From Alphaproteobacteria bacterium (GTDB taxonomy: Bacteria; Pseudomonadota; Alphaproteobacteria; JABAAW01): a stretch of 64,000 bases of DNA. Below the pieces are notes generated by a model that worked only from the letters and a program-made list of their open reading frames with translations, was not told the DNA's origin and did no database searches. Location of the stretch: the NCBI GenBank assembly GCA_014238535.1, contig JABAAW010000001.1, forward strand, positions 911-64,910. Reading direction: 5' to 3'. The translations under genes were made by a program, and so were the position numbers. Positions 31,834-42,370 of the stretch are shown piece after piece (position 1 is the first letter of the stretch; the number at the start of each line of letters is the position of its first letter).

Positions 31834-32628
31834 TTAAAATTTTGCGCTAGCTTTTCCTTTGTCTATCTGCTCGAGAATTTTCTCGACTTGCGCTAATGGG
31901 TCTTTTGCTTGCGTTATCGGTCTGCCGACTACGATGTGATCGGCACCTGCGGCGATGGCTTGTGTCGGTGTTGCTGTGCGTTTATGGTCGTGTGTGCTCA
32001 TTCCTTCAGGGCGAATACCGGGTGCGATTAGAATAGCTTCGGGGTATTTTTTGCGTAAAGTTGCTATTTCTTTGCCAGATGCGACAAGACCATCTAGTTT
32101 TCCTTTTTGCATCGCCATATCGGCTAACGACATCACAACATCATTGGTGCCCCGTTTGATACCCATTGCTCTTAACTCTGTTTGCCCTACGCTGGTAAGA
32201 AGGGTTATGCCGATAAGTTTTGTGCTGCGAGGTATTTCTGCCAAAGATTTTAGCAAGGATATAGACATACTATGCACGGACATGAAGTCGGCTTTTATCT
32301 TGCGTAAGGAGTGAATGGCAGCCTCAACGGTACGCGGAATATCGAAGGCCTTTGCATCGAAGAAAACTCTATTCCCCTGTTCTTTTAGTTCTTTGGCAAA
32401 GGCTATTCCTTGGGGGTGAAAAAACGTCTGCATGCCAATTTTGAAAAACCTTACTTTACCCGCTAGGTGTTTAACCAATTTTTCTGCGTCGTCTAGATCA
32501 GGATAATCGAGCGCAACGATTAGCTCAGATGAATATGAGTTGTTGAAAAGCCTATTGTTATTCTTATCAGGTAGTATCGAACGATTGTGAAATTCGTCTT
32601 GCATAGGCTCAATAGCCATTATCGCCAC
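31834..32628 (-). CDS. pyrF: Orotidine-5'-phosphate decarboxylase
   Basis: LIVALD, FKIG, DAKAFDIPRTV, APGIRP, VVGRPI; start uncertain. Confidence 0.94.
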   Translation of the reverse strand: MAIMAIEPMQDEFHNRSILPDKNNNRLFNNSYSSELIVALDYPDLDDAEKLVKHLAGKVRFFKIGMQTFFHPQGIAFAKELKEQGNRVFFDAKAFDIPRTVEAAIHSLRKIKADFMSVHSMSISLLKSLAEIPRSTKLIGITLLTSVGQTELRAMGIKRGTNDVVMSLADMAMQKGKLDGLVASGKEIATLRKKYPEAILIAPGIRPEGMSTHDHKRTATPTQAIAAGADHIVVGRPITQAKDPLAQVEKILEQIDKGKASAKF

Positions 32629-32733
32629 TCTCTATATTTGTACCTGCCTATATCATGCAGTGTATGGTATAGGCTCTTCTTCTGGACCGCAAAGAGACGC
32701 GAACTTTTTTGCACATTTATATGCACTAAAAAA

Positions 32734-33840
32734 TTATAATTCTGCGATGATAGCATCGCCCATTGCCTCGCTGGAGATGGGTTTTTCGGATATTGCTATA
32801 TCGGCGGTTCGCAGTCCGCGCATCAGCGCAGTTTCGACGGCATTTTCGACACGGCTTGCCAAGTCTTCACGCTCGAATGATATTCGTAGCATCATCGCGA
32901 GGCTGAGAATAGTTGCAAGCGGGTTAGCGATACCCTTGCCCGCGATGTCTGGTGCGCTTCCGTGTACTGGTTCGTAGAGTGCGTTTTGTCGTCCACTTTT
33001 TTCATCGCGAGTCCCCAAACTCGCGGATGCGAGCATGCCCAACGAGCCCGTCAGCATCGCTGCGACATCGGATAGCAAATCGCCAAACAAGTTGTCGGTC
33101 AATATTATATCGAATTGTTTTGGTTCGCGTACTAGTTGCATCGCGCAGTTGTCGGCGAGTATATGGTTGAGCGTCACCTCGCTGAATTTTTTTTTGTGTC
33201 GCTCTGATACAATTTTGCGCCAGAAGTATCCTGTTTCCATGACATTGGCTTTATCTGCGGAATGCAAAACCGCTCGCCTCTGTCTAGCGAGTTCGAATGC
33301 CACATCAGTTATGCGCACTATTTCCGCTTCGGAGTATGCTTGCGTGTCGACCCATCGCGAGCTACCATCGGGCATTTTCTCCTCCCCGCGAGGCTTTCCG
33401 AAATAAACCCCTGCGCTTAACTCGCGTACGATAAGTAAATCGAGTCCCTGCACAAGTTCAGGCTTTAGACTCGATGCATCTACGAGTGCCTTGAAACACT
33501 TCGCAGGACGCAAGTTAGCGAATAGGTCGAGTTCTTTGCGTAAGCGCAAAAGAGCCACCTCGGGTCTTTTGTCCCTCGGTGCTTCAAGGTCGAAGCGTGG
33601 AGCTCCCACCGCGCCCAACAAGATTGCGTCGGCTTCTTTTGCCTGCGCCAAGACATGCTCTGGCAACGGGTCGCCTTCCTCTAGCCACGCTACCCCTCCC
33701 ACTTGTGCGTCAGAGATTGTCGCGACGAAGTCGCCTTGCTTGATGAAGGCTTCAAGTACGCGCCGTGCTTGCGTGACTATTTCTGGTCCTATTCCATCGC
33801 CAGCTAGCAACAGAATAGCTGGCTTATCATCAGAAGCCAA
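32734..33840 (-). CDS. leuB: 3-isopropylmalate dehydrogenase
   Basis: AGDGIGPE, LFANLRP, DNLFGDLLSD, YEPVHGSAPDIAGKGIANP. Confidence 0.97.
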   Translation of the reverse strand: MASDDKPAILLLAGDGIGPEIVTQARRVLEAFIKQGDFVATISDAQVGGVAWLEEGDPLPEHVLAQAKEADAILLGAVGAPRFDLEAPRDKRPEVALLRLRKELDLFANLRPAKCFKALVDASSLKPELVQGLDLLIVRELSAGVYFGKPRGEEKMPDGSSRWVDTQAYSEAEIVRITDVAFELARQRRAVLHSADKANVMETGYFWRKIVSERHKKKFSEVTLNHILADNCAMQLVREPKQFDIILTDNLFGDLLSDVAAMLTGSLGMLASASLGTRDEKSGRQNALYEPVHGSAPDIAGKGIANPLATILSLAMMLRISFEREDLASRVENAVETALMRGLRTADIAISEKPISSEAMGDAIIAEL

Positions 33841-33870
33841 TTTGCTCTCCCTCGCTATGCGTATGAAAGA

Positions 33871-34509
33871 CTATGCGTGTCTTTCGAGAGTGTCTTGCGT
33901 AGATTTTTTCAACCATGGGTTGTTGCTGTAGTAGCTATGCTCGAACTCCCTGATGGCATCGATTTGCTCTAGCGTATGCGATATTGCATCCCTGCCATCT
34001 AATAGGGCTTGCTTGCGCTCACCATCGATTTCGAAGGTAACACTACCGTCAGATGTGGTTATTGTTTGCTTGGCAAGGTCTACGGAGAAAGTTGCCTTAT
34101 CGGCGTGCGTCGCTTGCTCCATCAGCTTTCGTACCCGTTGTTCTGGCAGGATAATGGGTAGCAATGCGTTTTGGAAGCAGTTGTTGTAGAAGATGTCGGC
34201 GAATCGAGAAGCAATGACGACTTGAATGCCAAATCCGCGTAGCGCCCAAGGGGCGTGCTCGCGCGACGAACCACAGCCGAAGTTTTCGCCGCTAATCAGT
34301 ATTTTTGCATTACTCCAAGGCTTACGGTTTAGAATGAAGTCTGGTTTTAGCTTGCCGTTAGGCTCGAAGCGCAGGTCGAAGAAAAGTGCCTCGCCTAATC
34401 CATCACGAACGACTGTTTTCAGGAATTGTTTGGGAATTATCATGTCTGTATCGACATTGCGCAAGTCGAGTGGAGCGGCGATTCCCGACACTTTTTGAAA
34501 TTTTTCCAT
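33871..34509 (-). CDS. leuD: 3-isopropylmalate dehydratase small subunit
   Basis: NVDTDMIIPKQFL, NFGCGSSREHAPWAL. Confidence 0.97.
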   Translation of the reverse strand: MEKFQKVSGIAAPLDLRNVDTDMIIPKQFLKTVVRDGLGEALFFDLRFEPNGKLKPDFILNRKPWSNAKILISGENFGCGSSREHAPWALRGFGIQVVIASRFADIFYNNCFQNALLPIILPEQRVRKLMEQATHADKATFSVDLAKQTITTSDGSVTFEIDGERKQALLDGRDAISHTLEQIDAIREFEHSYYSNNPWLKKSTQDTLERHA

Positions 34510-35972
34510 CAGAGTATACTACGCACGTCGGTTAGTTTTCCGGCGATAGCCGCAGCAGCAGCCATCGCTGGGCTCATAAGATGGGTCCTTCCGCCGCGGC
34601 CCTGCCTACCTTCGAAGTTTCGGTTAGAGGTCGAAGCGCACCGTTGCTGCGGTGTTAGTTGGTCTTCGTTCATCCCTAGACACATAGAGCAGCCTGCATC
34701 GCGCCACTCGAAACCAGCCTCGATTAGTATTTGCTCGATGCCTTCTTGCGCAGCTTGAGCTTTGACGAGTCCTGAACCTGGCACAACCATAGCGTGCACG
34801 GATTTTGCGACACGCTTGTTTTTTACAATTTTCGCAACAGTTCGTAAATCTTCGATGCGTCCGTTGGTACAAGAGCCGATAAATACTTTGTCGATGCTAA
34901 TGTCCTGCATTCTTGTTCCGGCCTGCAACCCCATATAATCAAGCGCACGCCGTATGGTCGTTTTCTGCTGCTCGCTTCCCGTTGGAGCGGGGACGCTATC
35001 GGTTATTGGCACGACTTGTTCTGGGCTTGTCCCCCAAGTGACTTGCGGCGCGATATCGGCTGCCTTGATAGTTTCCTCGCGTTCGTAATGCGCGCCTTCA
35101 TCAGAAGAGAGTTGTCGCCATTCTTGGCAGGCTTTTTCCCACATATCGCCTTTTGGAGCGAGCGGTCTTCCTTTCAGATAATCGAATGTTTTTTGATCTG
35201 GTTCTATCAATCCTGCTCGTGCGCCTGCCTCGATGGACATATTGCATATTGTCATGCGCGCTTCCATGCTTAGGTTTTGTATCACCTCTCCTGCATACTC
35301 GATTACATGTCCTGTGCCGCCTGCGGTTCCGATTTTGCCAATGACAGCCAAGATGATGTCTTTCGCGCTCACGCCTAGCGGCATTTCCCCGACGATTTTT
35401 ATGCGCATATTCATCAGCCGCCCGACGCGCAGAGTTTGCGTTGCTAGCACATGCTCGACCTCGGAGGTTCCTATTCCGAAAGCGAGAGCACCGAATGCAC
35501 CGTGTGTTGCGGTATGCGAATCGCCGCATACGATTGTCATGCCAGGTTGCGTCAAGCCTTGCTCTGGTCCTATTACATGGACTATTCCCTGCCTTTTATC
35601 GTTTAGCGAAAAGAGGTTTAGATTGAAGTCACGGCAGTTTTTCTCCAATGTTTCGATCTGTATGCGGCTTTCTGTATCTTTGACTCCCTCGTTTCCCAGT
35701 TCGCGATTGCGTGTAGGTACATTGTGGTCTACAACAGCGAGCGTTGTTTCTGGTCTTAACACGCTCCGCCCCGCTTTTCGCAGTCCTTCGAATGCTTGCG
35801 GGGAGGTTACCTCGTGGATTAAGTGCCTATCGATGTATAGTAACGCTGTGCCATCGGCACTATGTTCGATGGCATGGCTTTCCCAAATTTTGTCAAAGAG
35901 GGTTTTTGCCGAAGAATTACTAACAGGAGAACCACTAAAGGAGAGTTCGGAGGAAGGCGTGTCGGTCGGCAT
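34509..35972 (-). CDS. leuC: 3-isopropylmalate dehydratase large subunit
   Basis: [45 protein letters not shown]. Confidence 0.98.
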   Translation of the reverse strand: MPTDTPSSELSFSGSPVSNSSAKTLFDKIWESHAIEHSADGTALLYIDRHLIHEVTSPQAFEGLRKAGRSVLRPETTLAVVDHNVPTRNRELGNEGVKDTESRIQIETLEKNCRDFNLNLFSLNDKRQGIVHVIGPEQGLTQPGMTIVCGDSHTATHGAFGALAFGIGTSEVEHVLATQTLRVGRLMNMRIKIVGEMPLGVSAKDIILAVIGKIGTAGGTGHVIEYAGEVIQNLSMEARMTICNMSIEAGARAGLIEPDQKTFDYLKGRPLAPKGDMWEKACQEWRQLSSDEGAHYEREETIKAADIAPQVTWGTSPEQVVPITDSVPAPTGSEQQKTTIRRALDYMGLQAGTRMQDISIDKVFIGSCTNGRIEDLRTVAKIVKNKRVAKSVHAMVVPGSGLVKAQAAQEGIEQILIEAGFEWRDAGCSMCLGMNEDQLTPQQRCASTSNRNFEGRQGRGGRTHLMSPAMAAAAAIAGKLTDVRSIL

Positions 35973-36034
35973 TTTTATATAGCGATTATCTCATTCTGGG
36001 ATGGCTTATGATGTTTTTGCGCTATTTTTGCGCT

Positions 36035-36568
36035 TTATTCGCTTGAACTGCCTTCTTTTGCTTGCATTGCTTTTTCTTGTTTTTTGTCTGCTAGTTGTGT
36101 TCGATCTTCGCGTGCGCGTGTTATGTCTTCAGCGATGCGCGCACGTTTTCCCTGTCGGTCGCGTAGGTAGTATAGTTTTGCACGGCGTACCTGCCCTCGC
36201 TGCACGATTTCTATCGTCGCTATGTTTGGGCTATGTAATGGGAATACCCGCTCGACTCCCTCCCCATAAGACCTTTTGCGCACAGTGAAACTACTGCCCA
36301 AACCCGCGTTATGCCTAGCGATGCATACCCCTTCGAACGCTTGTAGCCTTTCGGTTTCGCCTTCGCGAATGCGTACTTGCACGCGAAGAGAATCGCCGGC
36401 GCGGAATTGCGGTATTTCTGTAGCAGCGAAAGTTTTACTTTGCCTCTTGCCTTTGGCTTTTTTATCGCTTGCCTCGTCGGCTTTGCCATCTGTGGGCACT
36501 ATTAGTGCCTTGGTTATTTTTGCCAAGTGCGCCTGTTCAAAGGCTTCGATTTCTGCAGGGCGTGTCAT
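36035..36568 (-). CDS. rplS: 50S ribosomal protein L19 with Lys-rich N-terminal insertion
   Basis: [42 protein letters not shown]. Confidence 0.96.
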   Translation of the reverse strand: MTRPAEIEAFEQAHLAKITKALIVPTDGKADEASDKKAKGKRQSKTFAATEIPQFRAGDSLRVQVRIREGETERLQAFEGVCIARHNAGLGSSFTVRKRSYGEGVERVFPLHSPNIATIEIVQRGQVRRAKLYYLRDRQGKRARIAEDITRAREDRTQLADKKQEKAMQAKEGSSSE

Positions 36569-36742
36569 TTTTATCGAGGATCGTTTTTCGCTTTAGTTTT
36601 ATATTTTTACATCTTCACTCTATCTTGGCACTCTAGCCTCGGCTACTCTAGCAAAAATAAGTTGCCCAAGCCATACTAAAATTAGCCATAAATTTTTACT
36701 TTGTGCACGCAGCTAGCATTTAACCAAGTGTTATTTAAGGCA

Positions 36743-37462
36743 CTATTTAACGGGTTGTTTAGAGTTTTCCTTTAGATACTCTTCCCATAAATCTGGTCTG
36801 CGCTCGCGGGTTATTTTTTCCGCCATCGTCTTCCGCCATTTTTGTATGCGAGCGTGATCACCGGATAGTAGTTCTGGTGGGGGTTTTTTCCCGCGCCACA
36901 CGGCGGGTCTAGTATAGTGGGGATATTCCAACAAGCCATTTTCGAAACTGTCATTTTTTGTAGCTTCGGCGTTTGCTATAACACCATCGATCAGTCGCAC
37001 GACTGCCTCGATGATCGCTATTGCGGCGACATCACCGCTTGCGAGCAGGAAGTCGCCGATCGAGATTTCTTGCAAGTTAAACTCTTCGAGCACCCTTTGA
37101 TCGACTGCCTCGTAGCGTCCGCATAGGAAGACTATTCCTGGAGCCTTAGCGAGTTTTCGTACAGTTTTTTGTGTTATCGGCCTACCGCGCGGAGTCGGAT
37201 ATATCGCAACAGCACCAACAGGTGCAATTGCTAGTGCTTTTTCCATTGCCTTAGCGCATGGCTCGGGGCGTATTACCATGCCGCTGCCGCCGCCGAATGT
37301 AGCATCGTCTAGCCTTTTGTCGCCTGCAAATTCGGTTAGCGAGACGGTTTCCAATCTCCATATTCCCCTAGCAAGTGCTTTTCCGCATAGCGATAAACCC
37401 AATGGACCTGGATAGGCATTTGGAAACAAGGTTGCTATGACGACAGAATATGGTGCAGGCAT
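36743..37462 (-). CDS. trmD: tRNA (guanine37-N1)-methyltransferase
   Basis: FGGGSGMV, LCGRYEAVDQRV, EISIGDF, LLEYPHYTRP, LLSGDH. Confidence 0.96.
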   Translation of the reverse strand: MPAPYSVVIATLFPNAYPGPLGLSLCGKALARGIWRLETVSLTEFAGDKRLDDATFGGGSGMVIRPEPCAKAMEKALAIAPVGAVAIYPTPRGRPITQKTVRKLAKAPGIVFLCGRYEAVDQRVLEEFNLQEISIGDFLLASGDVAAIAIIEAVVRLIDGVIANAEATKNDSFENGLLEYPHYTRPAVWRGKKPPPELLSGDHARIQKWRKTMAEKITRERRPDLWEEYLKENSKQPVK

Positions 37463-37480
37463 AGTGCTTTTGCTTTATCG

Positions 37481-38098
37481 CTATCTAGCGGTGTCCTGTT
37501 TTTTTGCTAAAAGGTTAGCTAAATTATCGGCGTAGATTCCGCCCACCTCGATAGCATTTGCAGATACTTTTGGTACGCTCTCATGCGTGAATGGTATGAA
37601 GACTCTTTCTTTTGGTTTTTCTAGCTGCTTGTTTTTTGGTTGCACATCTAGCAAATCGCCTGCGCCGAAGTTATGTATGGCTATGACTTCGCCGAGCACT
37701 TCGCCGTTTTTATCTAGTACGGGTAGTCCGATCAATGTTCGGTGGTAGAATAGATTTTCCTCCAGCGGTTGTAAGTCTTGTTGTAAGACATATAGTTCTG
37801 CGCCTTGTAAGGCGACAGCTTGCTCGCGGTTTTCGCAACCAAGTATGCTGGCTAGTAGCCTTCTAGCGTTTTTGTATGGGCGCACATTTTTTAGTTTTAC
37901 GAAGCCTTGCCCTAGTTCGTCGCATCGTAATTTTTCGTATTGGGCTATGCTCTCAGGCGGTTCTGCGAAGCTTTCGATTTTCATAAGCCCGTTTGTTCCA
38001 TGTGCTGAGCACAAGCGCCCGAGCAAGACATGATCTTTGTGCGCTTTGTCGTATGTAGTTTTATTACGCTTTTGCGATTCTAAACCACTGTTAGCCAC
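37481..38098 (-). CDS. rimM: Ribosome maturation factor RimM
   Basis: AHGTNG, FYHRTLIGL, HNFGAGDLL, IPF; between rpsP and trmD. Confidence 0.92.
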   Translation of the reverse strand: MANSGLESQKRNKTTYDKAHKDHVLLGRLCSAHGTNGLMKIESFAEPPESIAQYEKLRCDELGQGFVKLKNVRPYKNARRLLASILGCENREQAVALQGAELYVLQQDLQPLEENLFYHRTLIGLPVLDKNGEVLGEVIAIHNFGAGDLLDVQPKNKQLEKPKERVFIPFTHESVPKVSANAIEVGGIYADNLANLLAKKQDTAR

Positions 38099-38157
38099 GG
38101 TTTAAGTTCAGCGGTAGTAGGATGCAGAGAACAGATGAAGGCGTTAGGTTTTTTTGT

Positions 38158-38577
38158 TTATTTTTCGGAAGTTTTTTCTTCTTTGCTCTGTTCTTCTGTC
38201 GTAGCGACTATGGTTTCTTTGGCTGGTTTTTCTACAGGGGTTTCCTTATTTTTTAGTTCCTGTTCGCGTTTTGCGAGTTCTTTTTTCCTCGGCATGGATT
38301 TTTTTGTTTGTTGCGGTATGGGAGGTTTTTCACCGATGCCGATTTGGTGTAGGAATAATGCTACACGTCGCGATGGTTGCGCGCCTCGTGCAATCCAGTG
38401 TTGCGCTCGCTCGCCGTCGAGAGTTACTCGCTTTGTTTTTTCTTCGAGCAGTGGGTTATAGTGTCCGATTTTTTCGATAAACCTGCCGTCTCGCGGCATG
38501 CGTTTGTCGGCGATGACGACTCGATAGAATGGTCTTTTGCGCGCTCCTGCACGCGCTAGGCGAATTGACAAAGACAT
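38158..38577 (-). CDS. rpsP: 30S ribosomal protein S16
   Basis: [30 protein letters not shown]. Confidence 0.97.
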   Translation of the reverse strand: MSLSIRLARAGARKRPFYRVVIADKRMPRDGRFIEKIGHYNPLLEEKTKRVTLDGERAQHWIARGAQPSRRVALFLHQIGIGEKPPIPQQTKKSMPRKKELAKREQELKNKETPVEKPAKETIVATTEEQSKEEKTSEK

Positions 38578-38734
38578 AATGCGGTTCTTACAGTGATTGC
38601 TTGGAAAGTGTTTCGAGATATTTTTCTTGCGTCTGACGCTATTGTAGCGTGCTTTACATATAGAGTCATAGACTTTTATAACAAAGACCTACAACAAACC
38701 TTGCATTGCGCTGTGCTATTCTCGCTTATTTTTC

Positions 38735-40150
38735 CTAGCGGAACAAGCTTGTAGCGTTTCGTTGTAGTGCTTTGTCATCCCACTTCGCCATAGTTTTCAT
38801 GGCTTTAGCGGTGCTAGCGTGATTTTTTAGCAAACGATTGACTTCGACGATCGTAGCACTCGCGCCGCTAGCGATTCGTTTTTTGCGCGATGCGTGGATA
38901 ATTTTTGGATTTTTTCTCTCATCGCGAGTCATGGCATTGATGATTACCTCTTGGCGTTTCAGTTTGTCGGCGTTGACCATTGATTTGGCGCGCGCGTTGT
39001 TGATTTTATCCTGCATGGCTTTCGGTAGGTGCTTTGCGAGTCCTTCTAATCCTCCAACATTGCGCATCTGTTGTATCTGTTTTTTGTGAGCGTTAAGGTT
39101 GAATTTTCCGTATGCAATGTCTTTTTTTTCTTGTTTTTCGCTGGTTTTTTCTACTTTTGGGGTACTTTTTTGCATTTTTTCGACCAACCCTTTCAAGTCG
39201 CCGCGCCCTAAAATTCTGCTCGCGATTGCGTTAGGGTCAAATTTTTCTAAGGCATCTATACTTTCTCCAGTCCCGGCGAAGCGAACGGGCTTTTTAGCGC
39301 TACTCATCATGGACAGGGCTGCCCCTGCACGCGCATCGCCATCTAACCTTGTCAGTATTATTCCACTTATTTGTAAGCGTTGTTTGAAGCTCTCGGCGAT
39401 ATTTGCCGCTTCTTGCCCGAGCATAGCGTCGGCTACGAGTAGCGTTTCGCGTGGTGTGAGTATTTTTGCGATGCTAGCAATTTCATCCATCGCTTGCTCG
39501 TCTACCTGCATGCGTCCGGCGGTATCGCAAATCAGTAGCGCGTTTTTTTTTGTAGCGATATTTTTTGCATGCTTTGCGAATGCTATGACTCTATTAGTTA
39601 TGGCGTTACCGGTTACTCCTTCGTTATTTTCAGGGTTTTCGCTTTGTAGGATGGTTGGGATTTTGGCGCGTTGCGCTAGTGTTAGCAGCTGCTGTTCTGC
39701 GGCGGGTCTGGAGAAGTCGAGTGATACGAGTAGCGGATTGTGCTTCTGTTTTTGAAGATGAAAGGCGAGTTTTACGGCGGTTGTAGTTTTTCCGCTCCCT
39801 TGTAGTCCTGCGAGCAAAATTGTTGGCGGGTTTGACAATTCTATCTCTGTTGAGGCTAATCGCATCGGTCGCTGTGCGCCTTCGCCTAGCAAACGAGCGA
39901 GCGCATTTTGCGCTCGTTTCAGTAGTTCATCGGCTGGGTTTATAGTTTGAGCCAGCTCTTGTGTTAGCAGATCGGTGCGCGGTGCGAAATTTTCGAAGAA
40001 TGCTTTGACCGCGTTTAACGCCACATCTGCCTCTAGCAGAGCACGACGTATTTCTTGGTTTGCGTTTTCTATGTCTTGTTCGCGCAAGGAAGCGCGCCTA
40101 CGCAATCCGCCGAACACGTTTTCTAGCGATTGACTCAGTTGATCGAACAT
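38735..40150 (-). CDS. ffh: Signal recognition particle protein
   Basis: ALLEADV, GLQGSGKTT, DTAGR, DGDARAGAALS, M-domain SRKKRIASGA. Confidence 0.95.
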   Translation of the reverse strand: MFDQLSQSLENVFGGLRRRASLREQDIENANQEIRRALLEADVALNAVKAFFENFAPRTDLLTQELAQTINPADELLKRAQNALARLLGEGAQRPMRLASTEIELSNPPTILLAGLQGSGKTTTAVKLAFHLQKQKHNPLLVSLDFSRPAAEQQLLTLAQRAKIPTILQSENPENNEGVTGNAITNRVIAFAKHAKNIATKKNALLICDTAGRMQVDEQAMDEIASIAKILTPRETLLVADAMLGQEAANIAESFKQRLQISGIILTRLDGDARAGAALSMMSSAKKPVRFAGTGESIDALEKFDPNAIASRILGRGDLKGLVEKMQKSTPKVEKTSEKQEKKDIAYGKFNLNAHKKQIQQMRNVGGLEGLAKHLPKAMQDKINNARAKSMVNADKLKRQEVIINAMTRDERKNPKIIHASRKKRIASGASATIVEVNRLLKNHASTAKAMKTMAKWDDKALQRNATSLFR

Positions 40151-40298
40151 CTTTCCTACCTTTTCGTATTTATATTGAGGATTTTTGACAATAGTAGTTG
40201 TGAAGTCAATAGTGCAAGTGGCGGTTGTTACCTACTGCTGTTATGCGTGGCTTGCTTGTACTTTGGCTATTACGCTTTGTTTATTATACATTGAGTAT

Positions 40299-41270
40299 AT
40301 GGAAGAAGAAGTTATGGAGGCAGGTAATGAATTTGACTACTCTGAAGACAAGAATTTAGTTGATTGGTTTTTGGACGCTCGTTTTGCTGAGCGCAACATA
40401 GCGCAGAACACGATGTCTGCTTACCGCTCGGACTTGCGTGCTCTCGCCGATTTTTTGCACGCGCGCGGTAAATCGCTGAAGAGTGCTGAGCGCGATGATC
40501 TACAAGATTGGTATGGCTACCTGCACGATGTGCGCGAGCTAAAAGCAACGAGTTTGGCGCGTAACCTTGCTACGCTACGGCAGTTTTATCGCTTTGTGGT
40601 AGCTGAGCGGTTATGCCCGCAAGACCCGACTTTACACATGGAGTCGCCTCGATTTTCGCGTCTTCTCCCGCGAGTGCCTAGCGTACAGATGATGCGCTTG
40701 TTAATGGAAGGTATAGAGCATGATGGGAGATCGACGGCTACTAAAGCGAATTCGTTGCGCCTGCGGTTATTGGTTTCGCTATGCTACGGCTCTGGCCTGC
40801 GCGTCTCGGAGCTTGTTAGCCTCGAGCGAGGAGCACTTTCTAGGGAACCTCCTATTGCGAAGATAGTCGGCAAGGGAGACAAGATTCGTTTTGTTCCGTT
40901 GCTACCTAGCACATTTAGCGCATACGATTCTTACTTGAATGTGCGAGAAAAGTTCATTCCGAATTACCTTAAAGGAGTTTCACCGTATATTTTTCCCTCG
41001 ACTTCGCTCAAAGGTCACCTTACGCGTCAGCGTTTCGGTCAGCTGTTGAAGGATGCGGCAACGCGAGTCGGGCTTGATGCGAGCAAACTATCGCCGCACA
41101 AATTACGCCATGCCTTTGCGACACACTTGCTTGCGGGTGGTGCGGATTTACGTGCGATTCAAACGATGCTTGGGCATTCGGATATTTCTACGACCCAGAT
41201 TTACACGCACCTAGTAGACGAGCAGTTACAGAAGTTGGTGCATACGAAGCACCCGCTTGCAGATAAGTAG
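40299..41270 (+). CDS. xerD: Tyrosine recombinase XerD
   Basis: NTMSAYRSDL, GSGLRVSELV, GKGDK.R, LTRQRF, SPHKLRHAFATHLL, LGHSDISTTQIYTH; ATG 40299 chosen. Confidence 0.92.
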   Translation: MEEEVMEAGNEFDYSEDKNLVDWFLDARFAERNIAQNTMSAYRSDLRALADFLHARGKSLKSAERDDLQDWYGYLHDVRELKATSLARNLATLRQFYRFVVAERLCPQDPTLHMESPRFSRLLPRVPSVQMMRLLMEGIEHDGRSTATKANSLRLRLLVSLCYGSGLRVSELVSLERGALSREPPIAKIVGKGDKIRFVPLLPSTFSAYDSYLNVREKFIPNYLKGVSPYIFPSTSLKGHLTRQRFGQLLKDAATRVGLDASKLSPHKLRHAFATHLLAGGADLRAIQTMLGHSDISTTQIYTHLVDEQLQKLVHTKHPLADK

Positions 41271-41291
41271 CAGTATACTCTCGTTTATTTC

Positions 41292-41780
41292 TTATGGTTT
41301 ATCTGCTGTCCTGTTTCTCAAGCAATCTTCTAGCGAACAGATAATCTTACCTGTCATTCTTCGCGAAATAGTGGAGTCAGATTGTGGTTCGCCTTTCATA
41401 GAATTTTTAAAAAAGTTTATTGTTTTTTGCACAATAGGTTGTGGCATTTCGCAAATCTCTTCTGCAGAAGAAACGTTATTTTTGTATAGGGTTTTTAGTT
41501 GAGAAAGATTGAGATAGCTTATGTGCTTTAACTTGTGGTGGCTTGAGGCATTATGGGGAACATAAGGATTTATCTCACCAGGAAGGATTTTTAACTGAGC
41601 TTCTGTAATATGCCATGGGTTACTATTGAAAAAGAAAATAGATTGTGGAACCGATAAAACCAAGAAACAAAATTTATATTTCTCATAAGTTCCACCTCCC
41701 TGTTCTTTAGGTTTTCTTAAATCGGTGTACTTTATTTTGCAAAAATACCCAACTTTTAGATTAAGTGAATCATCTTGCAT
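41292..41780 (-). CDS. Hypothetical protein, putative toxin partner of the Panacea antitoxin (possible PemK/MazF-like fold)
   Basis: 162-aa ORF 23 bp downstream of the DUF4065 gene, same strand; K.KFCFLVLS...FFFNS...LKHISYLNLSQL pattern reminiscent of the PemK/MazF barrel (by eye). Confidence 0.55.
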   Translation of the reverse strand: MQDDSLNLKVGYFCKIKYTDLRKPKEQGGGTYEKYKFCFLVLSVPQSIFFFNSNPWHITEAQLKILPGEINPYVPHNASSHHKLKHISYLNLSQLKTLYKNNVSSAEEICEMPQPIVQKTINFFKNSMKGEPQSDSTISRRMTGKIICSLEDCLRNRTADKP

Positions 41781-41803
41781 TAAGATTTAAAAAAAATAAA
41801 ACA

Positions 41804-42370
41804 TCAGCAAACAAAAGCGAGAAACTTGGCGTTTTCTCTAATTTCTTCAAGAATTTCCTGCCTGTGAGGATTGTCATCCTTAACCATATCTTCGTAATTC
41901 ATTTTGTCATCTATATTATTTTTCCAAGCTTTATCATGCGAAATTCTAGATAATTCCGCAAAGCCTTTGCCTTTACAAAAATTTAAAGATTCTTTTAAAA
42001 AGTGGATATCGCTTCCCGACAAATAATCCAACTCTGGCTCTCGAAGAGCTATTATCTTTTTCCTTCTAGCATTAGGGGTAGAGATAGGATCAACTCTGAT
42101 GGACCGTTCTAAATCCTCATAAATATCAGGCTTGATAAAATTTGTTTCTTTCTTTATTAAATTGTAGACACACGAAGGAACAGGCCCATATTCCATAGCC
42201 CGATATTCGTCCCCTATTATAGGACGCCCATGTCTGTTCAGGTGCCATTTGTCAGCAAAATAGCAAATTTTACTTACGCTAAACTGATCAGCGTTTTTCT
42301 TCCTAGTAGCAATCCAAACAAGCACCTCAAGAGCTTTCTTTTGGTCAAAATGTTCGAATGCTTTAACCAT
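41804..42370 (-). CDS. Panacea-domain (DUF4065/SocA-like) antitoxin
   Basis: KICYFADKWHLNRHGRPIIGDEYRAMEYGPVPS and ELSRISHDKAWK signature segments. Confidence 0.88.
   Translation of the reverse strand: MVKAFEHFDQKKALEVLVWIATRKKNADQFSVSKICYFADKWHLNRHGRPIIGDEYRAMEYGPVPSCVYNLIKKETNFIKPDIYEDLERSIRVDPISTPNARRKKIIALREPELDYLSGSDIHFLKESLNFCKGKGFAELSRISHDKAWKNNIDDKMNYEDMVKDDNPHRQEILEEIRENAKFLAFVC

Noticed and set aside
36720..36734. TTAACCAAGTGTTAT as a CtrA box
   Set aside because: A single imperfect match inside a ribosomal operon spacer, expected by chance in AT-rich intergenic DNA.
40299..41270. xerD as the integrase of the adjacent TA islet, or Xer/dif-mediated insertion
   Set aside because: The protein looks like the housekeeping XerD with native composition. 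TTATGGTTTAT at 41292 only partly matches a XerD arm and has no XerC arm; no att-like repeats flank the islet.
41259..41306. Inverted repeat GCAGATAA...TTATCTGC spanning the xerD and toxin stop codons
   Set aside because: Only 8 bp with a long loop, both arms inside coding sequence; could be chance and is too weak to call a terminator or element end.
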